In this document: positions 47,535-58,920 of the stretch, piece after piece
Layout: each line of letters begins with the position of its first letter
How positions within the stretch are numbered: the stretch's first letter is position 1
Source: Paragordius varius
Taxonomy: Eukaryota; Animalia; Nematomorpha
Assembly: GCA_964247055.1 (NCBI GenBank)
Contig: OZ176054.1
Location: forward strand, 6,758,001-6,822,000
Length of the DNA stretch: 64,000 nt
Direction: 5' to 3'
Made by a program: the position numbers and the translations under genes
Notes under the pieces: model-generated
Told to the model about the DNA's origin: nothing
The model's database searches: none
What the model saw: only the letters and a program-made list of their open reading frames with translations

Positions 47535-49988
47535 ATGGTTTTCACGCTTTGTTAACCAGAAAAGGTTACTCTTTTATAGGTATTAACAGCTCTTTCACAA
47601 AATCTATAAAAATAACGGCAAAATACTTAGTATATTTTTTCAATATATTTAAATAATAATATATCATAAATATATTGCATATATTTTTAATCTAACAAAA
47701 TTTTTCTATTTCAAACTGTGTTGGATGAGAAATCTGCCACAAATGTTATCTTAAAAACCCTTTTTATATAAATAAATTATTAAGTGTTTTTTTGTTAGCA
47801 ATTTACCTTTTAGCTAATTTTGGAAACCAGAGCGATTTCAACAAACTTTAGGATATTGGGCCAGATCGATGTTGCATTTTTAGTCTTTGATGCGCAAGAT
47901 CCAATCAAAATATTTTGGTGCCATTTTTTCTTTAGACTTATTTAAATGCAAAAATAATTGACAAATATATATATATTGGTAATTTCATAACTGAAGAAAT
48001 CAAATTACATTTTGCAGTACACTTCTTTAATTATTTTAAATCTTGTGTTTAATCGGGTTTCGGGGCCATAATTTTGGATCTATTTAAAATATTTTCTTTA
48101 TCTAGAACAGAAATGTTTAAAGTTTAACCAAAACAATCAAAAGTTTTTGCTCACTAAAATTTTATACAAAATAAAAAGGTAATGAAATGTTAATGATTAC
48201 TGAAAATGGATTTACCTTTCTTGTGCCTTCATTCCTATTAACTAGGCTATTTCGCCATTAAAGGTTAAATACAAACAAACTTATTTTAATACTTATTTTA
48301 CTTAATCTGTGTTATGTGAGTAAATATTTCAAATATCCCTTCAAATCATCACATTATAATATATAATTTCTGTATGAATAGGGAAGTATCCTTGCAAACA
48401 TTGGCATAGTGATCATTTGCGGCGCCGGTTCATAAAGTTTTGATGGTACCACCTCTTTGTTATTAATGCCAAAATATCAGTAATCTTGATTTTATTTCCA
48501 AAATCTTAAAGCAGGTTCCTTTTTTATAGTGCTCGAGCAGTGCACACTTCTTCCACTCCCTCTTAATACGAACCTGTGGCTAAATCATTGTATAATTAAT
48601 ATTGAGAAGCTAACAAGCTATATAATATAAAACAATAACAGTCAACAAATTTGTTATAAATTAAATATATATATATATACTGCTTCCGAAATTGGTGGTT
48701 AAAAAATATGTTGATTGAATATATATATATATATATTCTGACAGGAACATCAATAGCTCTTTTGTTTTCGGCCTTTACGACCGATTTTAGAAAGTTAAGA
48801 GTCAACTCGCAACTGTTTTATATCTGAATTTGTGAATACATTATTATAAATTTTTTGGCGAAAAAGGTTTCAATCAAAAAAATATCACAAAATATATCAT
48901 AAACTACATATAAAAAGCAAAACAATATTTTTAATAAATTTATATTTTAGATTTTGGCTCCGATAATTTTTGGACTTATTCAAAATGGGCAGGTTTTTTT
49001 AGTGTATCCTGCTTCAAAATAACATGAAGTTCGAACATTCTCTAAAAAATTAAATTTGCGCAAAATAGGCGTTTTCTTAAAAATATTTTTTGATGCTATG
49101 ATTCAGCATATATCAAAAAAATTTTAAATCTAAGCAATTTTTTTATTGTAAAAGAAATAGACTATTTTAGAGGGGGCAAAATTTGAGACAAGGTCACAGC
49201 TAAAAAAATTATGAAAATATTGTTTGTTAAATATTGTATATCATATATTTTCATTTTTAAAATAGGGCATTTAGCTACAAATAATCTTATTCAGCATAGC
49301 GCTAATTTTGCGATTCAACGATATTGATTAATTACATAGTGCAAATATATTTTTATATGACTCGTAAACTAAACCAAAAGCACCACGAAAATCCTAATGC
49401 ATTTATCTATCAGAATATATATTTTCATAAATGTTTTGTAACCACGCGATAAAATGCATTGCATATATGTATAAACTTAATTGGCATTCAATAATCAATA
49501 TAAAACACATTTTTTATATATTTCGTACAAAAATTAATCTTAACAGATTGATTTTATATGTAAAATATACCTTTTCATATTGTCTCAAAAACTTTCATAA
49601 AGGCCCATCAAAATATTCTGAATTAATTCACGTTAATTTGCGAATTCATAAATATATCGCGTTTTGACTTAATTGTATCTCAGACATTCAAAAAAAGTGA
49701 TATGCTATGGTACCCTTCAAGGAGATATCTTTTAAATATGTTTAAAATTACTATTTTTTTAGGAGTAAATATAATTGTGTTAGATGCTCGTTTTATGTGT
49801 TAATGTTAAGAGTCAGGCTAACATGTTAACAACACTCTATAGGTCAAGATGATCGTTCATTAATTATTTATAATTTCTTCCAATTTTTTTGCAAATTATA
49901 TTTTAGTGCGCGTGCATAGACCAATATCAGACATTATATACAAAAATATATTTCACTATAAAGCAGTTCCATAAAATTATTTTTTCCA

Positions 49989-50969
49989 ATGTTAATCATT
50001 ATAATTGTAATATTTGCTTTATTAACCATTCCCATTCCCTACGTTATAATCAGTAAGGAAAGCAATGATTACGCTAAACATAATGTCCTGCCCATGATAT
50101 CGGTGAAATTATACGTGTCCTTGAATATCTTAGTTTGTTTGTTAAATTTAATTATGACTTTGACGGTTCTCTTACCCAACCTTGTGATAAATCATTTGGG
50201 GACTTGGTGCATTTTACGTTACACGACAAGTTTGATATCACAATTGCAAATAATTGTTCGAGATATTATTTTATCCCATCTCTATTTTACATGTGCATAC
50301 ACTCGTAAATCCTTGTACAAAACTGTAGTATCTATAGTGATAATTTTTCAATATATCTCTTTCTTAAGCTATTTTGCGTATAATAGTGGGTCGTTGGATT
50401 GGTGGAGACTATCACACAAACATTCAACAAAGTTTGCTTTTGACTCTGTCAATCATAATAAGGATAATGTAAAATTTCCTGATTTTTCCATGCTACCAAA
50501 TTCTTTAGAGAATGTAAGAATAACTAAAACGGTACCCATTTCTGTACTTATTGCTAAATATGTTGGATTATTGCAAACTATCATGTTTATGACGGTGATT
50601 GCCATTTTCTTATTGTATCAAGCATATTATGGTCGTAATGTCACCAAAGTGTATGTAAAAAGTAAATTGGCAAAACATTTTCCATGTCTATTTGGTGCTG
50701 GATTCAAAAAACCCTCTACTCTAAGCTCCCTGAAAAAGACTGTTAAGGTTGTTCAAAAATATTTTTCATTTTGTAAATGCTTAAAAAATATTTTGTTTCT
50801 TTCCACCTCCCATCTCATAATTTATCTCCTCGTGAAGAGAATTGATGCTCCTGGAAACATTTCGCTGTTAACACCTTTTTACATATTTGATTATGCCCAA
50901 CTCCTTATTTCTCTTATGTTTGGTCCTGGACATATGTTGTACGACAATGTTTTTAATACACTTTCATAG
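49989..50969 (+). CDS. Intronless orphan seven-transmembrane (GPCR-like) protein, 326 aa
   Basis: Seven hydrophobic segments by eye (about aa 2-21, 41-63, 72-99, 112-130, 186-210, 266-281, 292-312), a Cys at the top of TM3 (TWCIL), a long loop after TM4 and a basic loop after TM5. There is no DRY or NPxxY, so the family is not assigned. Confidence 0.7.
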   Translation: MLIIIIVIFALLTIPIPYVIISKESNDYAKHNVLPMISVKLYVSLNILVCLLNLIMTLTVLLPNLVINHLGTWCILRYTTSLISQLQIIVRDIILSHLYFTCAYTRKSLYKTVVSIVIIFQYISFLSYFAYNSGSLDWWRLSHKHSTKFAFDSVNHNKDNVKFPDFSMLPNSLENVRITKTVPISVLIAKYVGLLQTIMFMTVIAIFLLYQAYYGRNVTKVYVKSKLAKHFPCLFGAGFKKPSTLSSLKKTVKVVQKYFSFCKCLKNILFLSTSHLIIYLLVKRIDAPGNISLLTPFYIFDYAQLLISLMFGPGHMLYDNVFNTLS

Positions 50970-51900
50970 ATTTGTATTTAACATGTTAATTATGTTTTAG
51001 CCATCATTTAATCTCTCCATATTTATTGTTAAATGTCCCATTGTTAAAATTATATCATAATATTATTCAAATGTGTATAGTAAAAATAAATTTAATCATA
51101 TCTATTTATATAAAAAGAGCATAGAGGTGTCTTTTTAATAACCAAGGATTGGAAGCAAATCCGTTTCTGGTTTTTTTTGCTCGAAAACGTTAAAGGTTTG
51201 TAATTTTGATTTCAGTCGAAATAATGGGAGTAATACGTTATTAGACCTATTTACCTGCTCTGAAAATTGGAATAGTTATGAGACTACATGCATGTCAAAG
51301 ATCTTGGTGTAAATTAAAATCAATAATATTTTCGTATTATGAATCGTAAATGTTTAAAGGAATTATATAGTAATTAATATTTCATCTTGGTGAAACATTA
51401 AAGAACGCTTTACAAAATAGTGATTATAATAATGCAAAGTGTGAGTATCCTAGAAAAACTAATCGTGATGTAATTTACTATTTATAAAATACTTACTGTT
51501 TGACTTTATTTTAATGAATTTTGGCTCGTATATTTACTATTATATTTAATTATATTTGAATATTATTTGTCAATAAAGGGAAACATTACTGAATATGATA
51601 AATATCTAATAAAAAAATGAGCTGAAACAATTATTTATAATATACATATATAATTATAATTTTTATTCCGCTTTTTGACCCTGTGTTAAAATTAAATAAT
51701 CATTGCGCATTGTTAAATATTTTACACTTTAATTCTAATGCCCATAACAAATAATATAGCTTAATATGGCGCACATCCGTAAGCGTTGACATAAAGTATA
51801 AACATAAAATAAACAGACTAATAGTAGCATAGGATTTGTTTTGAATTGGAAAATTAATATACTATTTTTTTGATATTGTTTGCGATAGAAGGCCAAATTT

Positions 51901-52150
51901 CAATGGCGTAGCCAAGGAGAGGGGGGCAAGGGTGGCAGATGCACTCAGCGCCTTAGTTGAACGGGCGTTACATTTTAAAAAATTATAATTAAAAAAAAGT
52001 TATATAAGTTAATATTTTAAATAATGAATAAAAAACTCCCATTTATGAGTAAGGTTTAAATTTGATTATTTTTTCAAAATGCAAGGGGTTGCATGGAGAA
52101 GGGGGCATAGGATTCATGTACCGGGCGCCAGAATTGCAAGCTACGCCTTT
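51901..52150 (+). mobile_element. hAT-type MITE family C copy 3
   Basis: CAATGGCGTAGC ... GCAAGCTACGCC; shares AAAATGCAAGGGGTTGCATGGAG and GGCGCCAGAA with the other copies. No intact TSD. Confidence 0.75.
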
Positions 52151-52979
52151 AGTTAAATATTTTATTTTAAGCGATATTTTCCGTTGAATAATATTTTATT
52201 GTATTAGGATAATAATTACCTTAAAACAACTGCAGAGTTAACCCTTAAAAAATGTGGAAATTGCGTTGTTAAAAGTTTAGGGGCATGTTATTTGTTTACT
52301 TATGAAGATTTTGATTCCAAGACAAATTCCATATATGTCACCAACATCAACACATAACCATCAATATAATAATGTTAATTTAAGTGCGAAATCATTAAAA
52401 GCAAAATTTTAATTAACTACATCTATATAAGAAAGTTTGGCAAAGTATTTAAACAGTTATATCGAAGATTGTATTAAACAGTTAATTATAGTCTTATAAC
52501 AAACGCAGTACAAAATTAAAAAATTTGCCTGTTTTTACACTATCGGTGTGGTATATTTCACACTTTACAAAAAATATCCAGATGAAATATATATATTCTG
52601 ATAGGAAAATATCAGGATTATCATGGTGCTTTTGATTTAAATTTTTAGATGTGTTTAAAAGTCCCAAATTTTATGGTTCTTTAAAATGGACTGTTCTCTT
52701 AAGATAAAAAAAATTGGTGCAATAATTTTAAATATATGCTAAATTTTAATGACTAAAAAAATGTATACTTTCAGTTTTTAAGTTTGCAAAATTTTTTGAA
52801 GCGCACTTCATACTATTTTGTGCATGATGGGAACGATATAAACGGTTAAGATTTTTTAACACTTTTTATAAATCGATAATGCTAAACATTTTATTCACTC
52901 AGAATTTTTAATAAATACTAGCGTAAATCTCGTGCTGCTACGTAGCCCGAGGAAGTCCTTCGGTTTTCTGGGAGGGGGT

Positions 52980-53960
52980 GCATATTTGATTTAATAAGGA
53001 ATTTTATTATGCGGCACGACGTTTTAAAATGATTCATATAGTCTCATAAATTTTATAAAATTTAGCTCCAAAGGCTGGCTGTATCGATATGGCGCAGTTG
53101 TAGGCGGGGGCGGGTACGACCCACTACTCAGAGGCCAATATAAAAATGTAGTTAGATAAAAAAAATTTTTTTATACCTGGAATCAGCGTTCATTCCTAAT
53201 AGTTTATGTAAGAATGGCCAAAACTAAAATAGTTCAATGATATCGCATTTTTTAGGGAGTAAAGAACCTATCTAACGGCTAATTCCAAAAAAACCGCTCG
53301 ACTAAAAGTACATATTCCTTGGCTTATTCTTTTTTAATATTAACACAAAAATATCCCATCAAATATATTGAACTCATATGCCTGATAGGTTTTCTGAAAT
53401 TTAGCCCCAAAAGCACGCTATTTCGATACGACGGGTCGTTTTTTCGCGGTTAGCTCCTTACTCAGCAGCTATCATCAAAGAAACGTCTGACTAATTGCCT
53501 TTTAACAGGGAATACGTAGAATCCTTATTGAATTTTTACGGTCTCATACCTTGGGCGAAAAATAGATTTAAAAATTATTTTTGTGGATTTTGTTTTTTTG
53601 AATAAGGTATTACGGGGGAGCGGGTAAAAAGAGGGCCTAAATTAAAAAAGCGAGCCGACTATGTTCTGCGCAATCAAAAATAAGTAACAAAAACATATTT
53701 GAAATTGAATGATCTAACACGTTCTCCGGAAAATAGTCTCAAAAACACGATTTTTGTGGACTTGTGTTTAAAAAAAACTGGTTTTTCATACGGGGTAGGC
53801 CCTAACCGGGCCTAATTCAAAAAAGGGCGAAGCCATTGTCGGGACATTTATTAATGATTATATTTTTTCGACATTTAGATTCAAATGGGTCTACCGGTTT
53901 TCCGGAAACAGATCACAAAGCCAGCATTTTCGATTTTGATAAATATATAGATTCGTTCGT
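52980..53960. repeat. Family B second copy (array units, unique segment, inverted terminal segment)
   Basis: Direct match to 30100-30640 (e.g. AAAAAGAGGGCCTAAATTAAAAAAGCGAGCCGACTATGTTC) and reverse match to 29140-29280. Confidence 0.75.
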
Positions 53961-54269
53961 TTAAATTTGTGTTAAATAAAAATTGTGTTTTTTTACAAAA
54001 ATTAACCAAAATTTGCAAGAAACAAACCTTTTAATTAAAATTCTGAATGTTCACCATAATATAATTATTTAAAAGGGTTTTATTATATCTTAAAGCATTA
54101 ATCCGTTTTCATCATGCTTTAAAGTTGGAAGTAGGCTTCAACAAAATATCTCAAATTTGTTTATGCAAAAAAATAAAAAAAAAATAATAAAAATTAAAGT
54201 TTAGGTAAAAAATTAAGAAATATTATACCTTTTACGCTTAAGGAGTATAGAAAATAAAACCTTAATTTT

Positions 54270-55337
54270 TTAACATTTCCATTCAAATTGGGGTATCTAA
54301 ATACCCCAGACTAAATTTAAGTTAGGATTTTTAAAAAACTACCGAAGACGGTCCCAATTTAAATTTATGCTTATCCTGATAAAAATTATAAAAATATGCC
54401 AAAATATCTTGATAAAATTTTGTTTTGAAAAAAAAAAGTTCCATCTCAAACTACTTCGACGCCATTTTTATTTTAAAATTTTTTTGCAAAATATCGTCAT
54501 TTAATTTTAAGGGTAAAACTAAAGCTAAATTTTAATATAAATTACATCTAACATTGATAAAAATAGAAAAAGCGGTTTATTTTGTATTATTTTTTAATTT
54601 TACCATTTGACACATGTCACGTTGACGAAATTTTTACCTTTAGGTTTTAGCTTAAAATATTTAGTATCAAATAATTTTAAATAAATTTCTTTTGAATAGG
54701 TTTATTTATGTTATATAAGTGCAAAATTTTGCCATGGTTTCGATTCCTTCCATACTTTTTAAAGTGTTTGATTTTAAACAGGCCTGGGATATCCAACTAC
54801 CCCAATTTGAATCGAAGGACTAAAATGGGGTCTTGTATCCAAGTGTTAATAATCTTTTTATTTGATAATATATTTTTTGGATATCATTGTTTTAACATTA
54901 ATAAACCTAAATATATAAAAAATTTTATTCAAAAATATTTGAAATTAAATATTTTAAGCCAAAACCGAAAGGTAAAAATTTTGTCAACGTGACATGTGTC
55001 AAATGGTAAAATTAAAAAATAATACAAAATAAACCGCTTTCTCTATTTCTATCAATGTTAAATATTATTTATATTAAAATTAAGCTTTAGTTCTGACCTT
55101 AAACTTAAATGAAGACGATATTTTGCAAAAATTTTATAAAATAAAAATGGCGTCGAAGTAGTTTGAGATGGAACTTTAACAAAATTTTATCAAGATCTTT
55201 TGGCATATTTATATAATTTTTATCAGGATAGAAGCATAAATTTAAATTGGGACCGTTTCCTTCAGTAGTTTTTTAAAAACCCTAATTTAAATTTAGTCTG
55301 GGGTATTTTGATACTATAATTTGAATCGAAGTGTTAA
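54270..55337. mobile_element. Two family A piggyBac-like MITEs in inverted orientation (54270-54849 full; about 54895-55337 partial), forming a ~1-kb palindrome
   Basis: TTAA ends at 54270, 54846 and 55334. AAAATTTTGTCAACGTGACATGTGTCAAATGG and AAAATGGCGTCGAAGTAGTTTGAGATGGAAC occur in both orientations. Confidence 0.8.
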
Positions 55338-55739
55338 TACGAAAACAGGTTATTTCGAAATCATATGCTTTATATAATAAATTTTAAATAATATGTTACG
55401 AGAATACAATTTTTTTTATAATTTTTCGTTTGATAATTATATCAAAAAATAAACTTCCTAAACCTGATCAAACATTTATATCATAAATCAATTTTGTTAA
55501 TTTTAAATTTTAAAGCATATCTTAAAGCCCTGAGTGAGAGAGCCATTAGCATACGGTGAATCCGAGATTCATAATTTCACCACAAGGCTAAATTTAGCAT
55601 TATGTATTCGAGCAGAAATTAATATATTAACCAAAATAGGCCAATTATAGTTTTTCACCGAAAAACCATTTCCTTGCAATAAGGTTTGTTTTACAGAGGG
55701 TACTATATTAAATTCAAAAAAAATTTTAATAAAAGGTAA

Positions 55740-56298
55740 TTAACACTTGGATACAACAGATTCATTTTAGTCTTTCCAATCAAATTGGGGTAGTTAAATA
55801 CCCCTGTTAAAAATTAAATTCTTTAAAAAATATAAATGCACTTATATAACATTAAAAAACCGAAATATATAAAAATATGTTATTCAAAAATACTTGATAT
55901 TACATATTTTAAGCTAAAACCAAAAGGAAAAAATTTCATAAACGCGACATGTGAACATTGGTAAAATTAAAAATAATACGAAATAAACCGCTTTTTTTAT
56001 TTGTATTAATGATAGATGTAATTTAAATAAAAAAAGAGCTTTAATTTTACTCCTAAAACTAAAGGAAGACGATATTTTGCAAAAATTTTTTAAAATAAAA
56101 ATGGCGTCGAAGTAGTTTGACTGGAACTTTTTTTAAAAAACAAAATTTTATTTAGATATTTTGGCATATTTATAAAAAATTTTTTAGGATAGAAGCATAA
56201 ATTTAAATTGGGACCGTTTTCTTCAGTAGTTTTTAAAAAATCCTAACTCAAATTTAGTCTCGGGTATTTAGATACCTCAAATAGAATCGAAATGTTAA
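55740..56298 (-). mobile_element. Family A piggyBac-like MITE
   Basis: TTAACACTTGGATAC ... GAATCGAAATGTTAA is the reverse orientation of the copy at 32012. Confidence 0.8.
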
Positions 56299-56434
56299 TA
56301 TATATTTATAAAAAAAATTAATTTCAAAAAGCAAAAGTGGGCGCAGTACAGGCGCAGTTTTTTCTGAAAACCCAGTACTGTACTGCAAAAAACAGCCTAT
56401 CTGGTCACATTAACACTTACCCCATTAACTAAAT

Positions 56435-58741
56435 CAGTGATACTCAAACCGCGGCCCGCGGGCCGCATGCGGCCATAAGAGTGCTTTAAAATTGCCCTAT
56501 GACCATATTGATACTAAAATTATTTTTTTTATTGATGAAATCTTAAAACACACATAATCGGATTTTCGCTTATTTTAATATTAATTTATTTTATTTAGAT
56601 TTATTTTGATAATTTTTACCCAATTTGAAATGTAGAAAAATTTCCCTACATTAAAATGATTTCAAAATTTTAGAACACGTTGTTTTTGTTTCTGCATTCT
56701 ATTTTCTTTTTCATTTTGAAATACTGCATTCCTTTTTTGTATTTAAGCAATCCTTTCACCCAAACTTGCATATACTTATTCTTTTCATTGCTATCCTGCA
56801 TCTTTTTATATAACTCACATCATTAAATTTTAATCTGTTTTTTTATTGCATATTCAAATTATATTTCATTTTTTTGAAAAAATTTACATAATATTTAAAC
56901 ATCAATTCAAAGGATGACATCTAATGCTGAAAAACGTAAATTATCCGATGAAAATCGCTCCGTTTAAAAAGAGAATGGGAAGAAAATTTTTTTGTCGTTT
57001 TTAATAAAAATGTCACCTGGCTTATATGCAAGGACAACATAATTCAAATACAATATTGAAAGACATTTTACGATCCATCATTCTCACAAACCAGAAAATC
57101 TTGAGGAAAGAAAAGAAAAATGTTAAGAGATTAAGGAATTACACCAGGAAGAAAAATCTATTATGTCCATAGCTTTCTCCCAGGAAAAAGCTGTAACATT
57201 AGCTTCGTATGGAATTTGCTATATTTTAGGAAAAAATATGAAACCGTTTACTGATTGCCAATTAATAAAAGAATGTCTAATAAATGGTTGCACTTTTTTA
57301 TTTAATAAATACATAGTAAAGATCAAATCATGAGGCAATTAACTTAAACTTTCTGATTCAACATGTGCTCGACGCATTATCTAAATATATTTATTGACTC
57401 TGAAAAACTGCAAATACTTTAGTATTGCTATTGATTCTAGCACTGATATTAGTTCAGCTCCTCAGTGTGCGCTCTTGTGAGATTTTGCAACGACAACATA
57501 ATCAACGAGGAATATTTATTATATTTACCAATATATAATACCACGAAAGAGAGTTATTTCGAATAATTAGCCTTTTTTCGATAATAATGGTATATCTATG
57601 AAAAAATTGGTTTCAATCTGCACAGATGGCTGTCCCTCTATGATTGGAAACAAAGGATTTATTCCTCTTTTGAAAAAAAAATAAAATATTGATTATTTCA
57701 CTGCTTTACTCATGAACAAAACCTGGTTTCGAGTGTAAAAGATGAATGCTCAATTCAGTATTTTAAAACTGTTGTGGATATAGTAAACCACAGGGGCAAA
57801 GTGTACCGCCTTAAATTCAAAAACCTTCTGAAAGATATCCACAGGAGTTTGATGATATTCTTTTGTATACCACTGTAAGATGGTTAAGCCTTAGCAAAGA
57901 TTAAATAGATTTTTTCTTTTAAAACATGATATTATTTATAGAGGATCACAGAAAATTTGACGAGGAAATTAATAGTGATAAATGGAGGGTTTTATTAGCC
58001 CACCTTTGTGACATTACTTAAAAACTTAGTATTTTAAATACAAGTCAAGGGAGCAAAATAATAACCCAATATGCTAATTGAGATTAAATTAATCATAGAC
58101 AATTATTTAATATCTAATGAGATGAAATTCAGAGTTCAGGAATAAAGAAATATTAAAAATTGCTTAAAATTCGTTGAAAATCCCTGGCATATGGATCTAT
58201 CCAATATTAAGCAACTTGAGTATTTCGGTTTTGATCAGGTGCTATCATTGAAAAATTCGTAGATTTTAAAAATGATTCCAATATGGAGGCTATATTCAAG
58301 GAGAATCGTGAGTAGAAATATATGTAGAGTTTTTGTGCCAAATAAATATAAAAATATAAAAAATGTGCTCAAGTTATCCTTTTCCCTACCCTTACACATT
58401 TGAGACGGCATATTCAAAGATGAAGTATGTCAAGAATACATACAGAAATCACTTAACCGATGATCATATGGACGACGTATTAGTATTATGAGGAGAAACC
58501 AAATTTGTCAAAAATTATTGGTTAATATCAAAATAAATGTTGTTATAAAAATATTTTAATTTTTTAAACTAAATGGTGAAACAAGTTTTTAGCTGGATTA
58601 CATCCGCAAAAAATTATTGTGCTGATTTAAAGTAAAAATATGTGCAAATAGCTATAGGATATTTGCCATTATAAAGTTCATGGCCCTCGAAAAAAAATAT
58701 ATTTAATTTGGCCCGTCAAATTTTTTTGGTTAGTACCACTG
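56435..58741 (+). mobile_element. hAT DNA transposon (Charlie/SPIN/GTF2IRD2-like) with decayed transposase
   Basis: TIRs CAGTGATACTCAAACC / GGTTAGTACCACTG with a perfect 8-bp TSD AACTAAAT (56427-56434 and 58742-58749). The transposase remnant from about 56915 includes KRKLSDENR..EWEE, YFSIAIDSSTDIS, LVSICTDGCPSMIG and TTVRWLS, with many frameshifts. Confidence 0.93.
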
Positions 58742-58920
58742 AACTAAATGATGGCCTAGATTTCGGTATTTTGCATAAAAATATAGGTGTGAAAGTCAGT
58801 TATAACAATTAGTTTTTAAATTATATTATTATATCTGCAGAAAACACAAAATGATCTTGTCGTAATGATGCTTTACTTTTGAATTAAAGTTATGTTACAT
58901 TCGTAAAATTCATGTGAAAA

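Noticed and set aside
52208-52357. Exon-like segment DNNYLKTTAELTLKKCGNCVVKSLGACYLF after a TTAG acceptor
   Set aside because: Isolated, with no recognisable family and no convincing partner exons.
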